A stretch of 64,000 nucleotides of DNA, taken from a virus. The DNA is taken from IMG/VR virus record IMGVR_UViG_3300032213_001850, positions 17,380 through 81,379 of that record, one strand, 5' to 3'. Positions within the stretch are counted from its first letter, which is position 1; every line of letters starts with the position of its first letter. Positions 42,218 through 52,366 of this stretch are shown here, piece by piece. The notes beneath the pieces were generated by a model that saw nothing but the letters and a program-made list of their open reading frames with translations, searched no databases and was not told the DNA's origin. The position numbers were made by a program, and so were the translations under genes.

Positions 42218-43511
42218 GTTTTACTTTGAAAACATAGATTCTTATGGAAGAACTTTGCCAAATAATTTATCTAAAAAAGAATTAGAAGAATATAACTCTC
42301 TATGCTCTGAAGAATATAATTGGAATTCACATATAGAAAGTGGAAGAACCCAAAAATTAATTAATACATTTTATAGTTGGTTATCAGATAATAATGCAAT
42401 TGCAAAAAATATCAACGATTCAAATTTAGTATATTTGTGTGAATCATATACTCCCCCCGCATATTATAAAAATTTATTCGTAGAAAATTTAAGCACGGAA
42501 GTATATAATAAAATTAAAAACGGAGAAATTATTGTTATTTTTAGTTGGTTTAGTGAACCATTATATGATTCCGATTTTAATGAAAACATAGAAAAAATTT
42601 GTGAAGAAAATAATTTTGATGTTAATAAATTTTTTGTTTTTACTAGTGGAAATAATATAAAAAATACCTCGAAAATTAAACACATATCCGACCATTTCTT
42701 TCTAAAAAATTCAGCTGAGTTTTTAAAATATTTTTTACAAAATAAAATTTTCAAACCAAATACATTTGATTATGTTTGTGAAATTGTTAATCAAAATATA
42801 TTTCAACAAAAGAAAGAAAAACATTTTTTATGTTTAAATAGAAGTGCAGATAGACCACATAGATTTGGATTAGGAATGTTTATTGAAAAACATAATCTAT
42901 GGGATAAAGGTGAATTTACTTTTTTATTATGTGACAAGAAAAAAGAAGATGATGAACTTGTTGAAGCATTTAGTTGTGAAACATTGAAAGAATATACTGA
43001 ATATAAGGATTCTTTTTATAATAAATTACCAATGGAAATTGACACTAAATTTTTAATGAAAGGTAATGAACTTTTTAACTTTGGAACATCTAGAATTTAT
43101 TACAAACCAATATATGAAAAAACTGCAATCAATATTGTAACAGAAACCACATTTACAAAAAATAAAGTTTTTATATCAGAAAAAACATTTCATCCAATAA
43201 TTAACTTACAACCATTTATAATGTTTGCATCAAACGGACAATTACAAGAACTTCGTAATTTAGGATTTAAAACCTATGGCCATATAATTGATGAAAGTTA
43301 TGATGATGAAGAAAATAATCACATAAGATTTAAAATGGTATGTGATGAAATATTAAGATTATCAGAAATGTCTATTGATGAAATAAATAAATTATTTTTA
43401 TCCTGTAAAGATATATGTATTTATAATAGAAATCATTTATTAAGTTTTACAAAATATGATGTTTTCAAAAATAGTTTAGAAAAATTAAATAAAATTTGTT
43501 ATGGAATTTAA
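42189..43511 (+). CDS. Hypothetical phage protein, possibly glycosyltransferase-related (paralog of 50891..52366)
   Basis: FLCLNR..RPHR, NIVTET, ISEKTFHPI, QPFI, GFKTY..IDESYD. Confidence 0.55.
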   Translation: MELESGLPFKFYFENIDSYGRTLPNNLSKKELEEYNSLCSEEYNWNSHIESGRTQKLINTFYSWLSDNNAIAKNINDSNLVYLCESYTPPAYYKNLFVENLSTEVYNKIKNGEIIVIFSWFSEPLYDSDFNENIEKICEENNFDVNKFFVFTSGNNIKNTSKIKHISDHFFLKNSAEFLKYFLQNKIFKPNTFDYVCEIVNQNIFQQKKEKHFLCLNRSADRPHRFGLGMFIEKHNLWDKGEFTFLLCDKKKEDDELVEAFSCETLKEYTEYKDSFYNKLPMEIDTKFLMKGNELFNFGTSRIYYKPIYEKTAINIVTETTFTKNKVFISEKTFHPIINLQPFIMFASNGQLQELRNLGFKTYGHIIDESYDDEENNHIRFKMVCDEILRLSEMSIDEINKLFLSCKDICIYNRNHLLSFTKYDVFKNSLEKLNKICYGI

Positions 43512-44502
43512 AGGAAAAAAAGTTATTATAACCGGTGCAAACGGTTTAGTTGGATTACCAACAGTTAAAAAGTGTTTAGATGAAGGTGCTGAAACAGTAT
43601 ATGCAGTAGACCTTAGAATTGGAGACAATCTTAAATTTTTACAAACAATGTATGGTGCCAATAAATTGGCATTGGTTACAACTGACCTAACATATCTTTC
43701 TCATTGTGAAAATTTATTTAAACAAGAAAAAATAGATATAGTTCTTCACATTGCAGGTGTTAAAGGTTCACCGGCTAGGTCATCAACTCAACCTGCAGAT
43801 TATTTATTCCCAATGTTGATGTTTAATACAAATATGATTAAAGCATCATTTGAAGCAAAAGTAGATTGGTTCGTGTATCTTTCATCGGTTGGAGTTTATA
43901 ACCCATCAGAGATAATGAATGAAGAAGACATTTGGTCACAAGAAGAAACTTGGGCATCAACTCCATCTCGTTTAGATTGGCATCCAGGTTGGACAAAAAG
44001 AATGGGTGAATTAACTTTAGATTCTTTAAGAGTTCAATATGGTTGGAAAAACTATACAGTTATTAGACCTTCAAACATCTATGGTGTAAATGACAACTTT
44101 GCAGAAGATGCAACTGTTATTAGTTCCAACATTTGGAAATTATTTAATGTAGAAGGTGACGACATGGTATGTTGGGGTAATGGTTCTTCTCGTAGAGACT
44201 TTGTATTTGGTGACGATGTTGCACAAGCTGCAATTGATGTAGTTAAAAAAGAAGTTAGTGATATTATTAATTTTGGATGTGCAGAAGCAGTCACTATTAA
44301 AGAAACAATTGAAACTATTGTTGAATGTTATACAGAACTTACAGGAAAAACTAAAAATATTGTTTGGGATGAAAGTAAAACAAATGGTGACCCCATCAGA
44401 TGTTTAGGTTCTAAGAAACAAAAACAATATGGTATTTTACCACAAACCACTTTAAAAGATGGTATCATGCAATCAATTAAACAATATAAGAGTAGATTAT
44501 AA
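43501..44502 (+). CDS. Atypical extended SDR (GDP-fucose synthase/epimerase-like)
   Basis: TGANGLVG, LSSVGVY, HPGWTKRMGE, RPSNIYG, WGNGSSRRDF. Confidence 0.85.
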   Translation: MEFKGKKVIITGANGLVGLPTVKKCLDEGAETVYAVDLRIGDNLKFLQTMYGANKLALVTTDLTYLSHCENLFKQEKIDIVLHIAGVKGSPARSSTQPADYLFPMLMFNTNMIKASFEAKVDWFVYLSSVGVYNPSEIMNEEDIWSQEETWASTPSRLDWHPGWTKRMGELTLDSLRVQYGWKNYTVIRPSNIYGVNDNFAEDATVISSNIWKLFNVEGDDMVCWGNGSSRRDFVFGDDVAQAAIDVVKKEVSDIINFGCAEAVTIKETIETIVECYTELTGKTKNIVWDESKTNGDPIRCLGSKKQKQYGILPQTTLKDGIMQSIKQYKSRL

Positions 44503-45524
44503 TGAAACATTTAATAACTGCAGGATGTTCATTTACAAGTTTAACAAAACCAAATGTAGATTTTTCTGTTGAAATTGAAATACCCCTAAGGCATAAGAAT
44601 GTAAATATGTGGACGTGGGTTGATTGGGTTAGACATTATAATACAGAAACTCATATAGTATATAATTACGGTTGCCCTACAAATGATAATACAACTATAA
44701 CAGAAAGTGCTTTATATGGTATTAATAAATTAATTAAAGCAGGTGCAAATCCAAAAGATATTGAACTTGTAATCCAGTGGTCATGTGCAACCAGAAATTC
44801 TTTTTTTATACCAAATGGAGTTGTTGATAGAGAAAAATTACAAAGAGAACATCTTAACGATTTTGTTTCTGAAAAAAAATATAATTTTGAAAACGGATTT
44901 AAATATCTAACAGGTGGATATAATAAAACGTCCCAACCAGATGAATTGAATGATATTTCTTTTAGTTATCTTGCAAATCAATTTTCACATGAAGAAAGAA
45001 TAATTAATTGGTTAAAAAATATTATTCTAATTTCTTCATTCTGTAAAAATTTGGGAATTAAGTATAAGTTTTTTCAACTTAATAATAATATTTCATCTTT
45101 CTTTTATACATCATATAAAGAAATGAATAAAGTAGAGAAAAGAAATTCAGAACCAGGAATACCAGCATCGGAAAATTTCCTAAAAACAAAAGAAATACAA
45201 AATACTTGGGAAGATAGTATATTTTTGGATAACCCATATATAAATTATTTATTAGAGTTAGTTGATTTAAAAAACGATTTTTGGTTTTATGAAAGAGAAA
45301 ATCATCACAAATTTGGTGGTTCTTTAGAATGGACAATCGATGCATGGGAAGATGATTTAAAAAATGATAGTGAATTTTCTTTATCAAATGTAATCTATTA
45401 TGAATTAGAAGGTATGACCGAAAAAGAACAAAAAGCTTATTTTAAAAAAACAACATACGGACACCCCTCATCTTTGATGTGGAGAAAATTTTATTTAGAA
45501 GTTATAAAACCTAAATTTTTATGA
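44502..45524 (+). CDS. SGNH-fold protein
   Basis: AGCSFT, IQWS, YGHPS. Confidence 0.6.
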   Translation: MKHLITAGCSFTSLTKPNVDFSVEIEIPLRHKNVNMWTWVDWVRHYNTETHIVYNYGCPTNDNTTITESALYGINKLIKAGANPKDIELVIQWSCATRNSFFIPNGVVDREKLQREHLNDFVSEKKYNFENGFKYLTGGYNKTSQPDELNDISFSYLANQFSHEERIINWLKNIILISSFCKNLGIKYKFFQLNNNISSFFYTSYKEMNKVEKRNSEPGIPASENFLKTKEIQNTWEDSIFLDNPYINYLLELVDLKNDFWFYERENHHKFGGSLEWTIDAWEDDLKNDSEFSLSNVIYYELEGMTEKEQKAYFKKTTYGHPSSLMWRKFYLEVIKPKFL

Positions 45525-46621
45525 AGTATTTAATTTGCAATGGTTGTTCATTTACAAGAGCTGGTAGATTGAACATAGATGTTACCGATGATAATTTTTT
45601 AACCGAAGATAATACTGCATCACATTCATCAACAAATTCAAATGAATTTTATTATTATCCACATCAAATTCAATTATTACATCCTGAAATAAAAGTTATT
45701 AATTTAGGAAATGTTACAAACGATAATCAAGTAATAGCTAGAAATATTATTTATAAAATTGAAAAACTAAAAAAAGAAGGATTTGATACGAAAGATATTT
45801 CCGTAATTGTTCAATGGTCATCCTTTTACAGAAACTCATATTTTGTATCTCCATCAAAAATAGAAGAAAATAAAAAATTAAAATTAACACAACATAGAAA
45901 AAGATGGGATGATGATTATGCACATATAAACGATTTTGCAGAAGAAAAAACTGAAGTTGGTGAAAATGGATATTATTTTTTATCTGGTAATTTTGGAATG
46001 GAACATGTTAAAAATCCTATGAAAGATTTTGCACATTTATATTTGGGACATTTGCATTCACACGAAGAACGATTATTGGTATTTTTGGAAACAATTATGA
46101 TGTTACAATTGTATTTAAAATCTAATGGTATTAAATATAAAATGTTTAATATAGCAAACAATTTTTCAGATACATATGTTTATAATTCTAATAAAGGTTC
46201 TGGATTTCCAATATTCAAACCAGAAAATTCTAAGAATAATGAAATGTATGAAATTATAAAAAATAAACATATACCAAATACTTGGAATGATAAAATGGAA
46301 TATTTTAATAATCCTTATTTAAATTATTATTGGAATATTATCGATTGGAATGATTTTTGGTTTTATGAAGAAAATGGATTACATAAATATGGTGGTGTAA
46401 CTGAGTGGGCTATTAGAAATTTTAATATAAATGACCCAATAAGAGATTTGAATTATAAAAATACTTTATTTTTAGAACAAGAATTAAAAAACGGAAAAGA
46501 ATATACGGAAGATAATTTGATAGATATTTATCAACAAGGTATGTGTCCATTAGGTCATGTATCGGCTAGAATGTATAAAATATTTGTGGATAAAATTGTA
46601 TCAAAATGGGAACTATATTAA
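45521..46621 (+). CDS. SGNH-fold protein (tandem paralog of 44502..45524)
   Basis: NGCSFT, VQWS, LGHVS; shares SHEER, NPY.NY and NDFWFYE..N..HK.GG..EW with the previous gene. Confidence 0.6.
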   Translation: MKYLICNGCSFTRAGRLNIDVTDDNFLTEDNTASHSSTNSNEFYYYPHQIQLLHPEIKVINLGNVTNDNQVIARNIIYKIEKLKKEGFDTKDISVIVQWSSFYRNSYFVSPSKIEENKKLKLTQHRKRWDDDYAHINDFAEEKTEVGENGYYFLSGNFGMEHVKNPMKDFAHLYLGHLHSHEERLLVFLETIMMLQLYLKSNGIKYKMFNIANNFSDTYVYNSNKGSGFPIFKPENSKNNEMYEIIKNKHIPNTWNDKMEYFNNPYLNYYWNIIDWNDFWFYEENGLHKYGGVTEWAIRNFNINDPIRDLNYKNTLFLEQELKNGKEYTEDNLIDIYQQGMCPLGHVSARMYKIFVDKIVSKWELY

Positions 46622-47265
46622 AAGAAGAATTATTTCAAAATGGATTTGTTTCTTTTAATTTAAAAAACTTTGATGAAAATTTATATAATAAATTAAAAGT
46701 ATTTTTTCCAAAAGAAAATTTAAAACCTGAAATGTTCAATCATTTGAAGAATTCTATAATAGGAGTTGAACATGAATATCCAAATTCAGCATTAATGGGA
46801 AAACCATTTACCGAATTAGATAAAATAAAATATGATATTATACAAAAATATGAATATACATGTGACCAACTTTGGTTTTTTGATTGGCCTTATGATGTAA
46901 AAATAGAAAAAACCCCATATACTGAAATAATAAAACCATTGTTTAAATATTTTTACGATGAAGAATGTAAAGGTGCAAATTCACAAGTAACTATGTATAA
47001 TGATGGTTGTTATTTAAAAAATCATACGGACGGAAACGGTGGATATACTGGTGATAGACATTGTGCAATTTTAATATATCTTTCAACTGAATATCAAAAA
47101 GGAAAAGGTGGAGAAATGGTGTTGAGTAAAGATAAAAAGGAAGAAGTTTGGGTAGAACCAATATATGGCAATGTTGCTATATTTGATTTTACAAAACATG
47201 ATATTTGGCATAGAGTAGAAAAAGTAAAAGAATATAACAGATATTGTTTTATTAATTTTTGTTAA
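46606..47265 (+). CDS. 2OG-Fe(II) oxygenase (prolyl-hydroxylase-like family)
   Basis: YLKNHTD, AILIYL, GGEM, WHRV, NRY. Confidence 0.85.
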   Translation: MGTILKEELFQNGFVSFNLKNFDENLYNKLKVFFPKENLKPEMFNHLKNSIIGVEHEYPNSALMGKPFTELDKIKYDIIQKYEYTCDQLWFFDWPYDVKIEKTPYTEIIKPLFKYFYDEECKGANSQVTMYNDGCYLKNHTDGNGGYTGDRHCAILIYLSTEYQKGKGGEMVLSKDKKEEVWVEPIYGNVAIFDFTKHDIWHRVEKVKEYNRYCFINFC

Positions 47266-47294
47266 TTTGAAAAAAAATCATTATATTGTATAGT

Positions 47295-48911
47295 ATGAAA
47301 AAAGAAGCATTTAAAACATTTGTTATATCTGATAAACAAAAACAAATTGTAAATAAGTTAGTAGAAACACCTTTACAAATTAAAGGATTAAGAGCTGCAT
47401 TGGAACATATTGGAAATCCACCAGTACCCTTGCCAGAAAATTTTGTAAAAACAAATGAAAATTTTGATAATTTTAAAAAAGAAATTTTAAAAACACATAC
47501 CGATAATGTATATCAGGCTTGGTATTCCTTAGAAGTAAATAAACTCATAAAACCTGAAATAACAAATGTATTACAGGAAATATTTACACAAAATTATCCA
47601 GAAATAACTGAACCTGTTGAGGTAATGTGGGAATTTACAATGTTTGATGAGGGATGTTATATAAAAGACCATTTGGATGGTAGAGACCCAAAAAGAATTG
47701 CCGGTATATTAATTTACCTTAATAAAGATTATGATGAAAACAATGGTGGATTATTGAAAGTTGTTCATCCTGATACAAATGAAGAAAGTTATGTTATTCC
47801 TGAATTTGGAAATGCAATTTTAGTAGATTATACACAAAACGAAGTCGCACATGAAGTTACCGAAGTTAAAAAAGAAAAAAGGTTGGCAATTTGCGCATTT
47901 ATACACAAAATAAATTTTATGGACAAAAACAAAAAAGTACTGGTTACAGGAGCAAGTGGATTTATAGGTTCACAATTAGTTAAAACATTATTAGATAAAG
48001 GATATACAAACATTAGAACAACTTCTTTTGGCAGAGATTTACCAGTATCTTTAAACAATTATAAATGGTTAGAACACATTAAAGGTGATTTGAGAGATGC
48101 TGAATTTTGTGAAAAGATTAGTAAAGATGTTGATGTTGTATTTCATTTAGCAGCAAATACTTCAAACGCATTAGATACCAAATTTAACCCATTATTACAT
48201 GTTACTCCAAATGTGGAGATGAATGTAAACTTAATGGAACAAAGTTGGAGGAACGGAGTTAAGAAATTTATGTTTATATCATCTAATACAGTTTATCCAG
48301 ATATGAGAGATAAATTTTGTAGAGAAAATTTAGATATACACGGAACACCATTGGTACCGATATATAAGGCAGTTGGTGGTATGAAGAGATATGGTGAAAT
48401 GTTATGTGATTTCTTTTCAAATCAGATTCATAACCCTATGCAATGTGTAATTATTAGACCATCTAATGCATTTGGCCCTAATGATAAATTTGATTTTGAA
48501 AAATGTCATGTTACTCCTGCAAACATCAGAAAAGTGGCAGATGGGTTGAATCCAATACCATTGTGGGGTGACGGAACTGAAATCAGAGATTTATTACATG
48601 TTGAAGATATGGCAGAAGGATTTTTATGGGTTGCTGAAAAATGTGCAAGATATGATATTGTAAATGTTTGTTATGGTGAAGGATTTAGTGTAAACCAAGT
48701 ATTAGAATGGTTAAGAGAAATGGAAGGAAATACAAACCCCATCGAACATACCAATAATAAAGCTCCTATGATTCCTGTAAGATTATTATCTTCAGAAAAA
48801 ATAAATAAAATGGGATGGAAACCAAAGAGAGATTTAAAACAAGCTCTTAAAGAAACTATGGATTGGTATAAAGAAAATAAACATTTATATAATCCAAATT
48901 CAAAACCTTAA
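47295..48911 (+). CDS. 2OG-Fe(II) oxygenase fused in frame to an atypical extended SDR (internal ATG at 47919)
   Basis: YIKDHLD, GILIYLN, AHEV, KR; then MDKNKKVLVTGASGFIG, ISSNTVY, VGGMKRYGE, WGDGTEIRD. Confidence 0.8.
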   Translation: MKKEAFKTFVISDKQKQIVNKLVETPLQIKGLRAALEHIGNPPVPLPENFVKTNENFDNFKKEILKTHTDNVYQAWYSLEVNKLIKPEITNVLQEIFTQNYPEITEPVEVMWEFTMFDEGCYIKDHLDGRDPKRIAGILIYLNKDYDENNGGLLKVVHPDTNEESYVIPEFGNAILVDYTQNEVAHEVTEVKKEKRLAICAFIHKINFMDKNKKVLVTGASGFIGSQLVKTLLDKGYTNIRTTSFGRDLPVSLNNYKWLEHIKGDLRDAEFCEKISKDVDVVFHLAANTSNALDTKFNPLLHVTPNVEMNVNLMEQSWRNGVKKFMFISSNTVYPDMRDKFCRENLDIHGTPLVPIYKAVGGMKRYGEMLCDFFSNQIHNPMQCVIIRPSNAFGPNDKFDFEKCHVTPANIRKVADGLNPIPLWGDGTEIRDLLHVEDMAEGFLWVAEKCARYDIVNVCYGEGFSVNQVLEWLREMEGNTNPIEHTNNKAPMIPVRLLSSEKINKMGWKPKRDLKQALKETMDWYKENKHLYNPNSKP

Positions 48912-49726
48912 TGAAAAATATAGTATTTGGTGGATGTTCTTTAACTTGGGGCCAAAGTTTGTGGTATGAAGGTAATTTTCCCAATGATAAACACCCTAGA
49001 GATGGATTTTTTTATGAACCACAAATTTGTAAAGAATGTTATGAATATATGTTTGAGCATAGATGGCCACGACAAGTATCCAAACATTTCAATAAAGAAG
49101 AAAAAGTAAATGCACTTAATGGTGGAAATAATATGGGTATAAAAGCATTTATACAAAATAGTATAAATGAAAACACCCAATTAGTTGTATTTCAAACTAC
49201 TCAATTTGTAAGATATCCACAATATGTAGATTATCAGGTAGAAAGAATTGAAGAATTTGTATTAGAAACAGAAAAAAAAGGAATACCTGTTAGATTTATT
49301 CATTGGATGTGGCCTGATATAACCGATGAAGAAATGAAAATATTTTTAGGTAATAAAAAATATGATGCAGATGCAAATAGATTAAAATTTCCTCCTGGTG
49401 GAAAAAGTGCCGAAAATAATAAAGCAGAAGTTCCAAAAATCAAATTTCAATTACCACCATATGATGGAAATTTATTAACATCTAAAATTGTAAGAGACAG
49501 AACAATTTATATTTTAGATAAATTCAATTTTTCAGAAATAGTAGAGTGGCAGTATCCAGCTGGAACTGATTTTCAAAAAAAATATACAATTGCAGGAAAA
49601 TTTGGTGTTCCTGAGACTGCATCCGCACCAGATACACATTTTAATATGGAAGGCCACAATTTAATTGCAAATGAAATAATTAAACATTTAGAAAAAGAAA
49701 TCAAAGACGGAACACTTAAATTATAA
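48911..49726 (+). CDS. SGNH-fold protein
   Basis: FGGCSLTWG, GGNN, DTHFNMEGH. Confidence 0.65.
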   Translation: MKNIVFGGCSLTWGQSLWYEGNFPNDKHPRDGFFYEPQICKECYEYMFEHRWPRQVSKHFNKEEKVNALNGGNNMGIKAFIQNSINENTQLVVFQTTQFVRYPQYVDYQVERIEEFVLETEKKGIPVRFIHWMWPDITDEEMKIFLGNKKYDADANRLKFPPGGKSAENNKAEVPKIKFQLPPYDGNLLTSKIVRDRTIYILDKFNFSEIVEWQYPAGTDFQKKYTIAGKFGVPETASAPDTHFNMEGHNLIANEIIKHLEKEIKDGTLKL

Positions 49727-49729
49727 AAT

Positions 49730-50269
49730 ATGAATACACCACAATTTTCTCCATATAAAGATGCATTAACAAATGCAATGACAGAATTGGCAAAATTAGA
49801 TAATACAATTTTTATAGGCCAACAAATAGTATATGCTGGAAATCCTATGAGTACAACATTAGGTGAAGTACCAAAAGAAAAGATGATTGAAGTACCTGTT
49901 ATGGAAGAAACTCAAATGGGTATGACTTTAGGATTGGCCATAACTGGAAAACAAGTTGTAAGTTTTTACCCGCGTTGGGATTTCATAGTATCGGCTGCAA
50001 ATCAATTAATAAATCATGTTGATAAATTTGAAGTAATGACTGGTAAAAAATTAAATATTATAATTCGTTTAGGAAAAGGTTCGGATAAACCATTAGACCC
50101 TGGCCATCAACATAAAGGAAACTATTTGGAAGAATTTAAATCTCTATGTAAGAATATAGAATTTCACGATTTAAAAACACCAACCGATATTGAACTGGCC
50201 TATAAATATGCAACCAAAGAAGGTGGCATTCATGTACTTGTAGAATATCCTGAACTATATTATAGTTAA
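49730..50269 (+). CDS. Short TPP-dependent E1 beta-like subunit (pyrimidine-binding domain only)
   Basis: IFIGQ, EVPVMEETQMGMTLGLA, AANQLINH, GHQH; 179 aa, no C-terminal domain. Confidence 0.85.
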   Translation: MNTPQFSPYKDALTNAMTELAKLDNTIFIGQQIVYAGNPMSTTLGEVPKEKMIEVPVMEETQMGMTLGLAITGKQVVSFYPRWDFIVSAANQLINHVDKFEVMTGKKLNIIIRLGKGSDKPLDPGHQHKGNYLEEFKSLCKNIEFHDLKTPTDIELAYKYATKEGGIHVLVEYPELYYS

Positions 50270-50898
50270 TGAAAGAATTAATTTTAGATAATGGTAAAAT
50301 CATATATGATGAAATATATGATGGTGGTGGCAGTGTATTTGGAATAAATGCATTAAAAGATGAACGTGTTATAAATGTTATAAAAAAAGGTAACATATTA
50401 GAAATGTGTTCTGGACCTGGATTTATGGGATTTTTTCTAAATTTACAAGGATTTGCAAACGATTTAGTTTTATCCGATATTAATGAATCACATGGTTTTT
50501 ATATTAGAGAAACCATTTTACAAAATAATTTAATGAATACTAAATTTATCCAATCGGATGGATTTAAATCATTTGAAATTCATACTATGTTTGATACAAT
50601 TATTATGAATGCACCACATTATTCATCTCCAAGAGAAGGTGGATATGTTAGTAAAGAAGAAGAACTTATTTGTTTAGACCAAGATTTACAATTTCATAAA
50701 CATTTTTTGAAATATGCAAAAAATTATCTAAAAAAAGATGGAGTTATTGTGTTGATTGGAAATATGGGTGGTATTCAACCACAACAAATAATTGATGTAG
50801 CAGGGGATGGATATATATGTAATGTAATATCTTGTGAAAGATATGGGTGGATTAGAGATTCTAGATTTTATGTTTTAGAAATAAAATTAAATGGATAA
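50269..50898 (+). CDS. Class I SAM methyltransferase (MTS/PrmC-like)
   Basis: LEMCSGPG, SDIN, SDGF, FDTIIMNAPHY (NPPY-like), LKKDG. Confidence 0.8.
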   Translation: MKELILDNGKIIYDEIYDGGGSVFGINALKDERVINVIKKGNILEMCSGPGFMGFFLNLQGFANDLVLSDINESHGFYIRETILQNNLMNTKFIQSDGFKSFEIHTMFDTIIMNAPHYSSPREGGYVSKEEELICLDQDLQFHKHFLKYAKNYLKKDGVIVLIGNMGGIQPQQIIDVAGDGYICNVISCERYGWIRDSRFYVLEIKLNG

Positions 50899-52366
50899 TA
50901 AATTAAAAAAATTAATTTTAGGATATGATGTGATATTTCCATATTGTGAAGTTCCAAATGCATTAAATCCAAAATATTTGAGTTTTGCAGAACATTGTGA
51001 TTGGACTTTTGATAAATCAGAACAGTATTTTTTAAATGAACTAAAAATTGCATGGCCTGTATTTAATGGTAGATTTATGGTTCAACTCAATGATGAATCT
51101 GGTAATCCCGGATATTTTGCAGCAGATAAAAAATTAGTATACGATATAATAAAAGATAGAGAAAGAGGAAAACCTGCATATGATTGGTATTATTTAATTG
51201 AACCCTATGGCCATATTGATAATTTTTTAGGATTAAGAAAGGAATTCAAAAATGAATATTTTGATAGATTTATTCCAAAAAAGACTTTAGAAGAAATACG
51301 AGATGGCCATGGTAAATTGATTATCAATTATGCAATCGATGGTGGATTTGAAACACACAATGTGATACAATTAAAGAAATCTTTAGATAATTTAAATTTA
51401 CCTAAAGAAAAAATTATTATCATCCATAATGATATTAATTTAGAAAATATGATGAAACCATTATTTGGTGAAAATATGCCTAAATTAATTCATTATTGTT
51501 TTTCGTTAAATTCAAAATCACAAGAATATTATAAAAAAGAAACTCAAAAAGAATATTATTTTTGGAAAGATGAAGCCAGACAAAAAAAATACGATTTTCA
51601 AAATAAACAAGAATCTCTTAATTTGAATAACAAAACACATAAGTTTTTAAATTTAAATAGGAGATTAAGAAAGCATAGATTTGATATATTAAAATTTTTT
51701 TGGGATGAGAATATGATTGATGATGTTTTAATAAGTTATGATTATAAATTATTGGTTGGGGATACTGTAGAACATTCTATACAAAAATATGGAATAGATG
51801 AATTTAATAGATTTATAAATTATTTAAATGAAAACCCCAAAAAAACACTTGATTATGATGATTTAGAATCGGTATGGGGATATGGGTATGAGACAAAAGA
51901 AATATACAATCAATCTTTAATATCAATTTTATCAGAAACTAATTTCTATGAAGAAACTGGTTATTTAAGTGAAAAAATTTGGAAACCAATTGCACATGGC
52001 CACCCATTTATATTAGTAGGGCCTTATAATTCTTTAAAATCATTGAGAGAAGATTTTGGTTTTAAAACATTTTCTCCTTTTATAGATGAAAGTTATGATG
52101 AAGAAAAAGACCCAAATGTTAGAATGAAAATGATTAAAACCGAAATTAAAAGATTAAATAATTATACATTAGATGAATTAAAACAAATCGTTAAAGAATT
52201 AAAAACTATATTATTACATAATAGAAATTTACTTTTTAAATATGGTTCAAAATCTCACATATGTTTAGATTATTTACATTATTTAAGAATATCCGATAAA
52301 GACGAAGAGGCAAATGAAATATTAAAATTATTTTTACAAAATTTAAACCAAACAAAATTAATATGA
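50891..52366 (+). CDS. Hypothetical phage protein (paralog of 42189..43511)
   Basis: FLNLNRR.RKHR, SILSET, LSEKIWKPI, HPFI, GFKTF..IDESYD. Confidence 0.55.
   Translation: MDNKLKKLILGYDVIFPYCEVPNALNPKYLSFAEHCDWTFDKSEQYFLNELKIAWPVFNGRFMVQLNDESGNPGYFAADKKLVYDIIKDRERGKPAYDWYYLIEPYGHIDNFLGLRKEFKNEYFDRFIPKKTLEEIRDGHGKLIINYAIDGGFETHNVIQLKKSLDNLNLPKEKIIIIHNDINLENMMKPLFGENMPKLIHYCFSLNSKSQEYYKKETQKEYYFWKDEARQKKYDFQNKQESLNLNNKTHKFLNLNRRLRKHRFDILKFFWDENMIDDVLISYDYKLLVGDTVEHSIQKYGIDEFNRFINYLNENPKKTLDYDDLESVWGYGYETKEIYNQSLISILSETNFYEETGYLSEKIWKPIAHGHPFILVGPYNSLKSLREDFGFKTFSPFIDESYDEEKDPNVRMKMIKTEIKRLNNYTLDELKQIVKELKTILLHNRNLLFKYGSKSHICLDYLHYLRISDKDEEANEILKLFLQNLNQTKLI

Noticed and set aside
41579-50269. 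Pyruvate dehydrogenase as an auxiliary metabolic gene pair
   Set aside because: Both subunits are truncated relative to E1, no E2/E3 is present, and the context is NDP-sugar synthesis
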